Part shown: piece by piece, positions 1 through 9,710 of the stretch | How positions within the stretch are numbered: position 1 is the stretch's first letter | Layout: each line of letters begins with the position of its first letter | Assembly: GCA_036782475.1 (NCBI GenBank) | Contig: DAIPYY010000001.1 | Span: 1 to 48,095 of the forward strand | DNA length: 48,095 bases | DNA from: Candidatus Saccharimonadota bacterium | GTDB taxonomy: Bacteria > Patescibacteriota > Saccharimonadia > Saccharimonadales > UBA4665 | Direction: 5' to 3' | Notes under the pieces: generated by a model | Seen by the model: only the letters and a program-made list of their open reading frames with translations | Databases searched by the model: none | What the model was told of the DNA's origin: nothing | Program-made: the position numbers and the translations under genes

Positions 1-1
1 G

Positions 2-397
2 TATCTGGAGCGTGTCGACCTCAGTGACAAGCGTGACGTCCGGCTCGACCAGCTTTCCGGCGGCCAGCAGCAGAAAATTCAGCTCGGCATCACCATCATG
101 AACGAGCCGGAGCTTCTCATTCTCGACGAACCGACCAAGGGCTTCGACCCGGTCAACCGCCGCCTGCTTATGAGTATCATCGAGGAACACCAGCGTGCCG
201 GTACGAGCGTCATCTTCGTCACCCACCAGATGGAGGAAGTCGAGCGACTATGCGACCGCATCATCCTGCTCAAAAACGGCAAAGCCGAGGCATACGGCAG
301 GATCAGCGACATCAAGAAAAAGTACGGCGGCGCGAGCCTCGACGATATTTTCGTGCGTATCTACGGCGAAGAAAACGAGGAGGCATCCCATGCATAA
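2..397 (+). CDS. ABC transporter ATP-binding protein, C-terminal part (5' end outside window)
   Basis: Frame open from base 2. It reads DQLSGGQQQKIQLG (ABC signature), LLILDEPT (Walker B) and VTHQ (H-loop). The stop overlaps the next start (ATGCATAA). Confidence 0.9.
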   Translation, partial: YLERVDLSDKRDVRLDQLSGGQQQKIQLGITIMNEPELLILDEPTKGFDPVNRRLLMSIIEEHQRAGTSVIFVTHQMEEVERLCDRIILLKNGKAEAYGRISDIKKKYGGASLDDIFVRIYGEENEEASHA

Positions 398-1601
398 TCT
401 CGGCACCGTCTTCCGCTTCGAAGTCATGCGCACGCTCAAGAAGAAGAGTTTTTGGGTCATGGCATTCGCTTTTCCGCTGCTTATCGGGGCCATCCTGGCC
501 ATCGTGTTCTTCTCGAACAAAACGACGACCGAACTTGCCGATAAAACCAAGGAGCAGCAATTCTCCATCGGTATCACCGATCCATCGGGTATGATCAAGC
601 CCGAGCTGCTCACCGCCTACAAGATCAAAGTGATACCCGACAAGGACACCGGTATTGCCAAAGTGGAAGGACAAACGCTCGATGCGTATTTCTACATCCC
701 GGCCGATCTCACCAAGCACTCCGTCGAGATCTATGCCAAAGATGTCGGACTCTTCAACAACAGCCGGTACCAGGGCGTTGCGACCGCCCTGCTCCAAGCA
801 TCGGTGGCCGGCACGGTAGATCCGAGCGTCGCCGCGGTGCTGCAAAACCAGGTCAAGTACCAGTCGACCACCTACAAAGACGGTCAGCAATTCGACGGGT
901 TCAAGCAGGTCATCGCACCGGGCATCTTCCTGGTACTGTTTTACCTGCTCATCGCATTTTTCGGCAACCAAATGCTGACCAGTACCACCGAAGAGAAAGA
1001 AAATCGTGTGATCGAGATGATTCTGACCACCATCGAAGCGCGCACGCTCATCATCGGCAAACTCCTTTCGCTCATCGTGCTTGCCGCCATCCAGATGGTG
1101 CTCATCCTCATCCCCATTGTCATCGCGTACGTGTTCGCCAGGTCTCAGCTATCGCTGCCGAACATCGATTTCAGTAGCATCCCACTCAATCCGGCCCGGG
1201 TTGCGATCGGTTTCGGCCTGTTCGTGAGCAGCTTCCTGTTCTTTACTGGCATTCTGACCGGCATTGGTGCGGCGGTGCCGACCGCCAAAGAGGCCGGCGG
1301 ATTCCTCGGTGTTGTCATGGTCGCAATCTTCGGCCCGCTCTATGCTGTCACCTTGTTCGTTTCCAGCCCGAACGCCCCGCTCGTCACATTCCTCAGCTAC
1401 TTCCCGCTGACCGCACCGATACCGCTGATGCTCCGTAACGCCGTCGGTAATATCAGCTATCCGGCTGCTATCTTGGGTATCGCTATTTTGTCAGTTTGTG
1501 CCGTCATCGCGCTCGGGGTAGCGGTCCGCCTCTTCCGCTACGGCGCGCTCGAGTACAACAACCGCCTCAACCCCCTCACCCTCTTCCGCCGCAAACGATA
1601 G
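390..1601 (+). CDS. ABC-2 type transporter permease
   Basis: ATG at 390 overlaps the upstream stop. N-terminal TM helix, about 200-aa external loop, then about 5 C-terminal TM helices (ABC-2/NatB-like layout). The track ORF start at 195 lies inside the ATPase gene. Confidence 0.8.
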   Translation: MHNLGTVFRFEVMRTLKKKSFWVMAFAFPLLIGAILAIVFFSNKTTTELADKTKEQQFSIGITDPSGMIKPELLTAYKIKVIPDKDTGIAKVEGQTLDAYFYIPADLTKHSVEIYAKDVGLFNNSRYQGVATALLQASVAGTVDPSVAAVLQNQVKYQSTTYKDGQQFDGFKQVIAPGIFLVLFYLLIAFFGNQMLTSTTEEKENRVIEMILTTIEARTLIIGKLLSLIVLAAIQMVLILIPIVIAYVFARSQLSLPNIDFSSIPLNPARVAIGFGLFVSSFLFFTGILTGIGAAVPTAKEAGGFLGVVMVAIFGPLYAVTLFVSSPNAPLVTFLSYFPLTAPIPLMLRNAVGNISYPAAILGIAILSVCAVIALGVAVRLFRYGALEYNNRLNPLTLFRRKR

Positions 1602-1685
1602 CTGGCACCGGCCTTTTTGGACAGTTAAATCGGGGAGACAGTCCTCCTGAGAATAGTCAAATCATGTGATAATTTATTAGTGTTG

Positions 1686-2993
1686 TTATTTTGACAATAT
1701 ACTACGGAGGGCGTCTTTGGCGGTGCCAAGTTCGTCCCAGGGGTTTTCGCCGTTTACCCGCTCGATAGTCTTTTCATGGCCCTTGCCAAGCAATAGCACA
1801 GTGTCATCGGGCGATAAAGCACGGCTGAGTGCGAAGTCGATCGCCTGCGCGCGGTCGTGCACGAGGAAGAGATTTTCACCCCGCTTTTTCCCGGCTTTTT
1901 CCGCGCCGGCGGCGAGATCTTCGAGGATGGCCAGGCCGTCACAATCACGGTCATCTTCCTCTGTTATCACCACCTCGTCGGCGTACTCGGCGGCGAGTCT
2001 GCCCTGCACCGCCCGCTTCGCTTCGTCGCGGCGTCCGGCCGAGCCGAACATGACGATGAGTTTGCCCTGCACCATGGGCCGTATGTCCTTGAAGAGTTTT
2101 TCGAAACTATCCGGTGTGTGAGCGTAATCGATGATAACGCCGAACGGCTGGCCTTCGTCCACCGTCACCATGCGCCCCTCGACGCTCCGGAGCGACACGA
2201 TTCCCTGCTCTATCTGCTCTTTCGTGAGTCCCAGCGTCCGGCCGACGCATACCGCGGCGAGGGTGTTATACACGTTGAAACTCCCGGCGAGCGGGCTGGA
2301 AATGCGGTACGTCACATCGCTCGAGACGGCGCGGTAGCTGATGCCCTGCGGGGTCAGTTCGATATTTTCCGCCCGGATATCGCCGTTCTCTATGCCGTAG
2401 AGTACCGGGTTGCTTGTGGTGGTGGCATAGTCCTGACCGACGGTGTCATCGGCGTTCGCGATACCGACCTGGAGGCCCGCCGCGTTCTGCTCAGTCAGCT
2501 CAAAAAGTCGTCGTTTCGCCGCGACGTAGCGCTCGAACGTTTTGTGATAATCAAGATGCTCATGCGTCACGTTCGTCAGCACTGCTATGCTGTACGGCAC
2601 ACCCCACGTACGGTGCTGCACCAGCGCCTGCGACGTTGTCTCGAGCACCAGCCAGTCCATACCCTGGCTTTTCATCCACTTGAGCCGCTGCATCAGTTCG
2701 CGCACCGGCACGTTGGTGTAGTGGTGCATCTGCTGCTTGATATCGTTCCCGACACCGTATGCCACCGTCGTCATCAGTCCGGCGTTATACCCTGCTTCGA
2801 CCAGCATGTGGTGGATAAGATAGGTGGTGGTGGTTTTGCCGTTCGTCCCCGTCACGCCGATGACGTTCATACCGCGCCCCGGAAATCCGTAGAGCATGTT
2901 CCAAAACACCGCCTCGACGAGATGCCCCGCCGGCTCAATCCGGCGGAACAGCCCCCGCGGGATCACCGCCTTCACGATTTTGCGTATAGTCAT
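1686..2993 (-). CDS. murE: Mur ligase, UDP-MurNAc-tripeptide synthetase (MurE-like) with short N-terminal domain
   Basis: GVTGTNGKTTT P-loop, LVLETTSQAL, LTNVTHEHLDYH, IIDYAHTPDS and FGSAGRRDEAKR follow the MurE motif order. The position of the DNPR motif reads EEDDR. Confidence 0.8.
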   Translation of the reverse strand: MTIRKIVKAVIPRGLFRRIEPAGHLVEAVFWNMLYGFPGRGMNVIGVTGTNGKTTTTYLIHHMLVEAGYNAGLMTTVAYGVGNDIKQQMHHYTNVPVRELMQRLKWMKSQGMDWLVLETTSQALVQHRTWGVPYSIAVLTNVTHEHLDYHKTFERYVAAKRRLFELTEQNAAGLQVGIANADDTVGQDYATTTSNPVLYGIENGDIRAENIELTPQGISYRAVSSDVTYRISSPLAGSFNVYNTLAAVCVGRTLGLTKEQIEQGIVSLRSVEGRMVTVDEGQPFGVIIDYAHTPDSFEKLFKDIRPMVQGKLIVMFGSAGRRDEAKRAVQGRLAAEYADEVVITEEDDRDCDGLAILEDLAAGAEKAGKKRGENLFLVHDRAQAIDFALSRALSPDDTVLLLGKGHEKTIERVNGENPWDELGTAKDALRSILSK

Positions 2994-2999
2994 GCTTGT

Positions 3000-3005
3000 A
3001 GTATA
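3000..3005 (-). promoter_or_regulatory. -10 box TATACT, 6 nt upstream of the murE ATG (leaderless-type)
   Basis: mRNA strand reads cggTATACTacaagcATG. Confidence 0.4.
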
Positions 3006-3049
3006 CCGTCAGGATCGGCTCAGACGAAAGATAGATACCCTGCACCGGA

Positions 3050-4867
3050 TTATTTGACGGTTTCTATGACTTGCTTTGCGGCGGCATCGGAGAGTAGACG
3101 AATCTTTTGACCTTTGTGCAGACGGCGCGCCTCATCCCATGTCAGCTCGTTATGATCGAGGGTCTGGTCGGTAAATTTCCATATCTCAGGGGTTGTTGGG
3201 GTGGCAGCGCCATTCACGGCGTCAAGCTGCTCACGGGCGATCCACCACACCGTGCTGAAATCCTCACCATTTTCACGGGCTTCGTGGCGATCAGCGTATG
3301 AGGTCATGCGAACGAAGTCGCCCTTTTTGTCGGCCTCCGCGCCTTTGAGTCTGGTTTGGACCTGCGGCTGTACAGGGATTTCCCCGTCGTCGCCATCATC
3401 AGTATCGTCTGGGTTTCCAGGAGTCTGCTCTCCTCCGGGAGTTTGCCCTCCACCAGGGGTCTGTGTCGCCGAGACACTAGGAGTCGGTGTCGGTTGCGAC
3501 TCGACCGTCCCGGAGCCGCCTGCGCATTTTGCGAGGCCAAAAAGCGCCGCCACCGCCAAGCCCCCTGCAACGAACCCTGCCAAGAATACCCTGCCCCGTC
3601 CGTTCGGTTCGACGTCCTTCGCCGTACGCGTCTTATTGTTGTCGTCTCCACCGCCGCTGCCGGCCGCCACTACCGGCACGACCGGCGGAACGGTATTTTC
3701 CGGTTTGGAAGGATCATCTCTTTTGGGCTTGGGCACAGGCACGATAGGCGGAGCTTTTTTACCAGGAGCGCCCTGTTCTGCAGCCAGCTTTGCCCCATAT
3801 GCGCGCATAGCAGAGGCTAAATCGGCGGCAGGATTTTTTGCAGTCTGCCGTGGGTAGAGGATGTCGCTGAACATATCGAATGCCGCGGTTATCGCTGCAT
3901 CGTTCCATCCCCACTTTTCCATTTGCGCGAGGAATTCGTCGAGCAAGTCGCTTTGGTTTTTCGCAAACTCGTTATCTTCCTGGGAACGCTGGATACTGGC
4001 CGCCCACGCCGCCAGGACAGCCTCGCCGGCGAGCTTCGGCATCTTGCCATAGTCCGCACCCTCAAGGTCTGCAATATGAGATGTCTCTGCCGTTTTAGCC
4101 GTGGGTAACGCAGTCTCGGATACTACCGGTGACATCCTGAATATACTCTCTGGGAGGGGGGTTTTAAACGTAGGAACAGGCGCTTCCGCGAGATCCTTCG
4201 GCGGGAAGACGATTTCTACTTTAGGGCTTCCGTCTGCCTTCCGGCCTACGACTGCATGCGGCATGGTACCTGATGGAGATATAGCCGGAGCTTTTGCAAT
4301 CTTTTTTGACGGCAACACAGGGGGAGTACCGGCATCAGCGGTATCGATTTCGACGAGCGGTCCTACGACGCTCTTCCCGAGCGAACGATGGCTGGTTTCA
4401 TATGCCCTGCCTACGCCTTCCTTCGTTTTTTCCCAAAGCTTTTGGGTACCTTGCTTAACAGTGTCTGCGGCATGCCTAAGCGCGGCTTCGGCACGGTCGA
4501 ATGGATTCGGTTTCTTAGGGTCTTCAGGCGGGTGCGACGGCTCACTTGACGACTGGCGAACAGGCATATGCGCCATAGCTTCCGCGTCCCGTACGTTCAT
4601 CTGCATGACGGTCCCGTTCAGTGTCACCACACCGACGGCCAGCGCTGTCTGCCGTTCCGCCGTAAAACGTTCCCCTACAGTAGTAAGTGCCTTGCTTATT
4701 TTCGGCAGGATTCTCTGGGTCTGTTCGCCGATACGGGTAAACAGCGTATTGATGGTACGATCGAACCCGTCGCCCATCCTATCCAGCACATCCGGCCGAT
4801 CTTCTTCTATGACACGTCCTACGCCTATACTGAGACGGCCATCATCTGCTACTTCTCTCATTTCCAA
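3050..4867 (-). CDS. hypothetical bitopic membrane protein (large cytoplasmic N-part, one TM, Pro/Thr/Gly-rich linker, about 110-aa external C-domain)
   Basis: 605-aa ORF. TTG start at 4867 has AGGAG 7 nt upstream (alternative ATG at 4861). Single hydrophobic helix VFLAGFVAGGLAVAALFGLA. No recognisable catalytic motif. Confidence 0.65.
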   Translation of the reverse strand: MEMREVADDGRLSIGVGRVIEEDRPDVLDRMGDGFDRTINTLFTRIGEQTQRILPKISKALTTVGERFTAERQTALAVGVVTLNGTVMQMNVRDAEAMAHMPVRQSSSEPSHPPEDPKKPNPFDRAEAALRHAADTVKQGTQKLWEKTKEGVGRAYETSHRSLGKSVVGPLVEIDTADAGTPPVLPSKKIAKAPAISPSGTMPHAVVGRKADGSPKVEIVFPPKDLAEAPVPTFKTPLPESIFRMSPVVSETALPTAKTAETSHIADLEGADYGKMPKLAGEAVLAAWAASIQRSQEDNEFAKNQSDLLDEFLAQMEKWGWNDAAITAAFDMFSDILYPRQTAKNPAADLASAMRAYGAKLAAEQGAPGKKAPPIVPVPKPKRDDPSKPENTVPPVVPVVAAGSGGGDDNNKTRTAKDVEPNGRGRVFLAGFVAGGLAVAALFGLAKCAGGSGTVESQPTPTPSVSATQTPGGGQTPGGEQTPGNPDDTDDGDDGEIPVQPQVQTRLKGAEADKKGDFVRMTSYADRHEARENGEDFSTVWWIAREQLDAVNGAATPTTPEIWKFTDQTLDHNELTWDEARRLHKGQKIRLLSDAAAKQVIETVK

Positions 4868-4915
4868 GGTGTCGCTCCTAAGCTTACCGTACCATAATAC
4901 TACTTTATTGATAAT

Positions 4916-4945
4916 TTGTCAACTGCTCCCTCTCGTTGCTATACT
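4916..4945 (+). promoter_or_regulatory. promoter TTGTCA-18 nt-TGcTATACT for tsaD (ATG 9 nt after the -10)
   Basis: TTGTCA at 4916-4921 and TATACT at 4940-4945, preceded by TGc. No SD sequence before ATG 4955. Confidence 0.5.
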
Positions 4946-4954
4946 ATTTCCCAT

Positions 4955-6073
4955 ATGATCGTGCTCGGAATCGAATCAAGCTGCGACGAAACGTCCGCCG
5001 CCGTCGTTAGAAACGGTGACACTCTGCTCTCTGTAGTGACGAGCAGCAGTATGGACCTGCACGCCCAGTACGGCGGCGTCGTACCGGAGATAGCCGCCCG
5101 CAGTCACATCGAGTGCATCAACGGTGTTATTTCCCAGTCAATAGAAGAGTCCGGCTGTACTTGGGACGATATCGACGCTATCGCCGTCACCTACGGCGCG
5201 GGGCTGGGCGGCAGCCTGCTTATAGGGGTGATGACCGCCCGCACGCTCGCCATCGTCCACGACAAACCGCTGTATGCTATCAACCACGTCGAGGGCCACG
5301 TCTACGCCAATTTCATTACGCACACCGGTCTGCATCCGGCTCTTGCCGACTACCAGCTTCCCTCCAAACAGCCTATGTTTCCCCTGCTCGCGCTTATCGT
5401 CAGCGGCGGACATAGCCAGCTTGTCCTCTTCCAGGACCACTTCGACTACACCCTGCTCGGCCAGACCCACGACGACGCCATCGGTGAGGCGTTCGACAAA
5501 GTCGCGAAAATGATAGGACTCCCCTACCCTGGCGGCCCCAGCATCGCCGAAAAAGCCCAGTCCGGAAACGTCCACGCTTTCGACTTCCCCAAAGCCAAGC
5601 TGACGCACATCAGCCCCGCCCTGACTGCTCTGCGCGGCTCCGAACAGGGTCCCAGCTATGATTTTTCCTTCTCTGGTCTCAAAACAGCCGTATTACGCGC
5701 GGCGCAGGCTTCCGTAGGTGCCGACCACAGCTTCCCTAGCCGCGACCTTCCCGGACGCCTTTCTGAGCCCCAGAAGGCCGATCTGGCCGCCAGTTTCCAG
5801 CGAGTGGCAGTCGAAACAGTGGTTGACAAAGCCATCGCCGCTTACGAAGAGTTCCAGCCCACTTCGGTCGTTATCGCCGGCGGTATTGCCGCCCGTCCCG
5901 AGCTGCGCCGGCAGCTGGCAGAGCGCCTCCCTATCCCCATCGAATACACCGATCAGCGCCTCTGCTCCGACAATGCCGCCATGATTGCCACCCTCGGCTG
6001 TTTCCACATGAAATACGACCGCCCTACTGCGGATCCCTACTCCCTAGAAATCGCCCCCAACCTCAGCATGTAA
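4955..6073 (+). CDS. tsaD: tRNA N6-adenosine threonylcarbamoyltransferase TsaD (Kae1/Gcp family)
   Basis: MIVLGIESSCDETSAAVV N-terminus, HVEGHV metal motif, GGHSQL and GGIAA motifs. Start taken at ATG 4955, not the track TTG at 4916, which is the -35 box. Confidence 0.92.
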   Translation: MIVLGIESSCDETSAAVVRNGDTLLSVVTSSSMDLHAQYGGVVPEIAARSHIECINGVISQSIEESGCTWDDIDAIAVTYGAGLGGSLLIGVMTARTLAIVHDKPLYAINHVEGHVYANFITHTGLHPALADYQLPSKQPMFPLLALIVSGGHSQLVLFQDHFDYTLLGQTHDDAIGEAFDKVAKMIGLPYPGGPSIAEKAQSGNVHAFDFPKAKLTHISPALTALRGSEQGPSYDFSFSGLKTAVLRAAQASVGADHSFPSRDLPGRLSEPQKADLAASFQRVAVETVVDKAIAAYEEFQPTSVVIAGGIAARPELRRQLAERLPIPIEYTDQRLCSDNAAMIATLGCFHMKYDRPTADPYSLEIAPNLSM

Positions 6074-6877
6074 CATGGCTTGAGGCAACGCCTGTTTGGC
6101 AAGCTCGAGCAGCTCGGCATTTGAATATTTCGTTTGGGGATGGATATCTATCCACTCGCCTTCATTCCAACTGCGGTTCTTATCCCAGGCACAAATTCCT
6201 CTCAACTTCTGGTAAAATGGTACTTCGGCTGACCTCTGTAAGTGGACTACCATGTTATTCGCCACTTCCCTGCTGCGCCTCAGATACCGAGCGTTCCATT
6301 CGCTGATGGTAACATTTTCGAAATCTTTGAGCGCGCCGGTGATAAAATCGCCATGCGAGATGACTATCACATTATTGGCCGGAGGGGTTTCCCGCAGCTC
6401 AAATTCCTCCAAGCGAAGCCGTGTTGCCACCCCCGTTGACATTGACTCGCCTCCCCTGGGGCCCCATTGGTAGGGGTTGAGTTCTTTCAGGTCATGCGAT
6501 GGTCTGTACTCTTCCGGTACACCGTCGACAAAATTCATATGCTCACCCCAGTCTCTCTCGCGCCAAAAACCGCGCACTTCCCACTGCGCGCCAGTAAGTG
6601 CCAAGCAGGCCGCCGTGTGCATTGCACGCGGGATATCAGAGGTGATATAGCGGTCAAATCCGCTCGGGAATTCCCGTTCGAGGAAAATGCCGGTAATTTC
6701 CGTCTGTTCGATCGCCTCTGGGGCCAGTACCGTGAACGAATCATGTTCTTTTTTAAACCAATCAGGGAGAGCGATTCCTTCGTTGCGGTGCGCCGACGAC
6801 GCCGCATTGCGGGCCGACCTGCCATGCCGCACCAGGACCAGATTGAGGGGCAGATCGCCGAAAACTTCCAAGGACAT
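6044..6877 (-). CDS. histidine phosphatase family protein (phosphoglycerate-mutase-like)
   Basis: LVLVRHGRSARN (RHG catalytic motif) and ISHGDF second His motif. Its 3' end overlaps the tsaD 3' end by 30 nt (convergent). Confidence 0.8.
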   Translation of the reverse strand: MSLEVFGDLPLNLVLVRHGRSARNAASSAHRNEGIALPDWFKKEHDSFTVLAPEAIEQTEITGIFLEREFPSGFDRYITSDIPRAMHTAACLALTGAQWEVRGFWRERDWGEHMNFVDGVPEEYRPSHDLKELNPYQWGPRGGESMSTGVATRLRLEEFELRETPPANNVIVISHGDFITGALKDFENVTISEWNARYLRRSREVANNMVVHLQRSAEVPFYQKLRGICAWDKNRSWNEGEWIDIHPQTKYSNAELLELAKQALPQAMLHAEVGGDF

Positions 6878-6981
6878 CCGTTCTCCTCCGTTTATCCAAT
6901 CATAGCAATATGTGCGCCCAAAACCATGAGCGTTTACTGAAAATCGACAGAAGACAATCGCTTTGCCGATACTAACAGAGG

Positions 6982-6990
6982 TGATACAAT
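6982..6990 (+). promoter_or_regulatory. extended -10 TGaTACAAT for valS (ATG 9 nt downstream)
   Basis: gTGaTACAATgatgtggttATG, with no SD. Confidence 0.45.
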
Positions 6991-6999
6991 GATGTGGTT

Positions 7000-9561
7000 A
7001 TGAATCTGCCAAAAGCCTACGAACCAGCCAGTTATGAAGAACGGATGTACCAACTCTGGGAGCAGAGCAGGGCGTTCGAACCAAAGGGGAAGGGAAAACC
7101 CTACACTATCGTCATGCCGCCACCCAATGCCAACGCGAACCTGCACATCGGGTACGCGCTGACGGCTGCACTTGAGGACATCCCAGCACGCTACCACCGG
7201 ATGCGTGGCGCCCGCACGCTGCTGCTGCCAGGAGCGGATCATGCTGGGTTCGAGACACAATCAGTATATGAAAAGCATCTTGCAAAAGAGGGAAAAAGCA
7301 GGTTTGATTTTTCACGTGAAGAACTTTATGGCAATATTTACGACTTTGTGGCGGAAAATCGTGAAAACTTCGGTAAACAGTTCCGTCGGCTCGGTATCAG
7401 CTGCGACTGGAGCCGGTTTGCCTTTACCCTCGATGACAAGATAGTTTCGCAGGCATATAAGACGTTCAAGAAAATGTGGGATGACGGCCTTATCTACAGA
7501 GGTGAACGCCTCGTCAATTACTGCACGTTCCATGGCACGGCCTTCGCGGACATCGAAGTCGCCTACAAAGAGGTAAAAGGCAAGCTCTGGCATCTGCGTT
7601 ACCCCCTCGTCGACGGCAGCGGGGAAGTGATAGTCGCGACGACCCGGCCGGAAACAATGCTCGGTGACACTGCCGTCGCCGTCCACCCTGATGACGAGCG
7701 CTACGGCTCGTTCGTCGGCAAGACCGTACGGCTGCCCCTGACGGGCAGGGAAGTGCCCATCGTGGCCGATGCTTTCGTCGACCTCGAATTCGGCACCGGC
7801 GCCGTGAAAATCACGCCAGCGCACGACATCAACGACTACGACTGCGCCAAACGCCATGACCTGCCGATGAACACGGTCATCGACAACGAGGGCAAGATGA
7901 CCGACGTGCCGGAGCCGTACCGCGGCCTGCCCGTCCTGGATGCCAGGAAAGCGGTGGTAAAAGACCTCGAAGCCGGCGGCTTCCTCGTAAAAACCGAGGA
8001 TCACGTCCATAACGTGGGCCACTGCTACAAGTGCGACACCGTCATCGAGCCGCTGCTGCGCGAGCAATGGTTCGTCGACATGCAGCCGCTCGCCGCAGCA
8101 GGCATAAAGGCGCTGAAAGCCGGCAACATCACGTTCTACCCGGAAAGCAAAGGCGACCAGCTTATCAATTACCTCGAGGGGTTGCGCGACTGGAATATCA
8201 GCCGTCAGATCGCTTGGGGCATTCCCATCCCTGCATTCCAGAATGTCGACGACCCGGACGACTGGATCTACGACGAGCGGGTGAGCGAGCATACCATCGA
8301 AGTCGACGGCAAGACGTACCGCCGCGATCCGGACGTGTTCGACACGTGGTTCAGTAGCAGCAGCTGGCCGTACGCCACGCTTGGACTGGGTACCGATGAT
8401 TTCAAGACGCATTACCCCTTAAGCCTCATGGAAACGGGCGGGGAAATCCTCTACCCGTGGGTGAGCCGTATGCTCATGCTCGGCCTCTATATCGCCGGGG
8501 AGATTCCTTTCGAGAGCGTGTATATCCACGGCTACGTCATGGCTGAGGACGGCTCCAAGATGAGCAAAAGCATCGGCAACGTCGTCGATCCCATGCCCGT
8601 CATCGACCAGTACGGGTCGGACGCGCTCCGCATGGGTATCATCGCCGGACGCTCGCCGGCCGTCAACCGCGGCTACGACCCGCGCCGGGTCGAGGAAGCG
8701 CGGAATTTCTGCAACAAACTCTGGAACATCGCCCGCTACATCGGCGAGAAGTTTGAAAACAATGCCGAAGAAGGCAGGGCACACGCCGTCACGAGCGCCG
8801 ACCACTGGATACTGCGACGCCTGAACGAAACGATTGAGGCCATCGGTAGCCATCTCGACGGCTACCGTTTCGCCGAAGCCTACGAACTGCTCTACCACTT
8901 CGTCTGGGACGACGTGGCCGACTGGTACATCGAAGCGAGCAAGAGTGAGACGAACGTCGCCATGCTCGCACACGTGCTCGATGCCGTACTCAAGATTGCC
9001 CATCCCTTCGCGCCGTTCGTCACCGAAGCCATCTGGCAGACATTGGGCCGCGGCAACGGCTCGCTGCTCTGTACCGAGAAGTGGCCGGAGACGGCGAAGT
9101 TCGACGAGCGCAAGGCCGCTGATTTTGCCGAGCTGCAAGCCATCATCACCGAGTCACGCAACATCGTGAAAACGCTTGGTATCAGGGAAGGGCACCTCTA
9201 CTACACCGCCGTGCCGTTCCTGAAGGATAATGCCGCGCTCATCACCCGCATGGCACATCTCGCCGGCGTCCAAGAAGTCGAGGACGGTACGGGCCTGCAC
9301 CTTACCAGCACGGCATACCGTTGTTGGATCGACGTCGATTTTTCAATGGCAGAAGCGCATTTGGCGCGGCTGGATGCGGAGCGACAAGTGCTGGCAGGCC
9401 GCATCACGCAGCTGGAAGCCCGCCTCGGCAATAAGTCATATGTGGCAAACGCACCGAAAAATATCGTTTCTGAGACACGTAGCGCCCTCCAGGAGGCGTC
9501 GGACGCCCTGACACGTGTCAATGCCGAGTATGACCGCTTCAGCCAACTGAAAGCCTCCTAA
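7000..9561 (+). CDS. valS: valine--tRNA ligase
   Basis: PPPNANANLHIGYAL (HIGH-type), KMSKS, CP1 editing-domain layout and a C-terminal coiled coil. ATG 7000 preferred over the in-frame GTG at 6994. Confidence 0.93.
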   Translation: MNLPKAYEPASYEERMYQLWEQSRAFEPKGKGKPYTIVMPPPNANANLHIGYALTAALEDIPARYHRMRGARTLLLPGADHAGFETQSVYEKHLAKEGKSRFDFSREELYGNIYDFVAENRENFGKQFRRLGISCDWSRFAFTLDDKIVSQAYKTFKKMWDDGLIYRGERLVNYCTFHGTAFADIEVAYKEVKGKLWHLRYPLVDGSGEVIVATTRPETMLGDTAVAVHPDDERYGSFVGKTVRLPLTGREVPIVADAFVDLEFGTGAVKITPAHDINDYDCAKRHDLPMNTVIDNEGKMTDVPEPYRGLPVLDARKAVVKDLEAGGFLVKTEDHVHNVGHCYKCDTVIEPLLREQWFVDMQPLAAAGIKALKAGNITFYPESKGDQLINYLEGLRDWNISRQIAWGIPIPAFQNVDDPDDWIYDERVSEHTIEVDGKTYRRDPDVFDTWFSSSSWPYATLGLGTDDFKTHYPLSLMETGGEILYPWVSRMLMLGLYIAGEIPFESVYIHGYVMAEDGSKMSKSIGNVVDPMPVIDQYGSDALRMGIIAGRSPAVNRGYDPRRVEEARNFCNKLWNIARYIGEKFENNAEEGRAHAVTSADHWILRRLNETIEAIGSHLDGYRFAEAYELLYHFVWDDVADWYIEASKSETNVAMLAHVLDAVLKIAHPFAPFVTEAIWQTLGRGNGSLLCTEKWPETAKFDERKAADFAELQAIITESRNIVKTLGIREGHLYYTAVPFLKDNAALITRMAHLAGVQEVEDGTGLHLTSTAYRCWIDVDFSMAEAHLARLDAERQVLAGRITQLEARLGNKSYVANAPKNIVSETRSALQEASDALTRVNAEYDRFSQLKAS

Positions 9562-9710
9562 GTACCTCTTCTTGATTATCTGCTAATTTCGCTTGATTTA
9601 TACTCATTGCCCTACTGGGCGAGACCGGCAAAGTCAAGCCGTTAAGAAGATGCAGGAACTGAATGCCCGCCGGAATTTAATTCAGGGGTGATACAACAAC
9701 TAAGGGGGGG

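Noticed and set aside
195-389. Upstream extension of the permease ORF
   Set aside because: It lies inside the ABC ATPase coding frame. ATG 390 overlaps the ATPase stop in the usual coupled arrangement.
1857-3110. 417-aa ORF on the + strand
   Set aside because: Entirely antisense to the well-supported murE gene. Arg/His/Pro-rich composition is typical of shadow ORFs in GC-rich DNA, and it has no motifs.
7312-9138. 366-aa and 239-aa ORFs on the - strand
   Set aside because: Antisense to valS, with no start signals or motifs.
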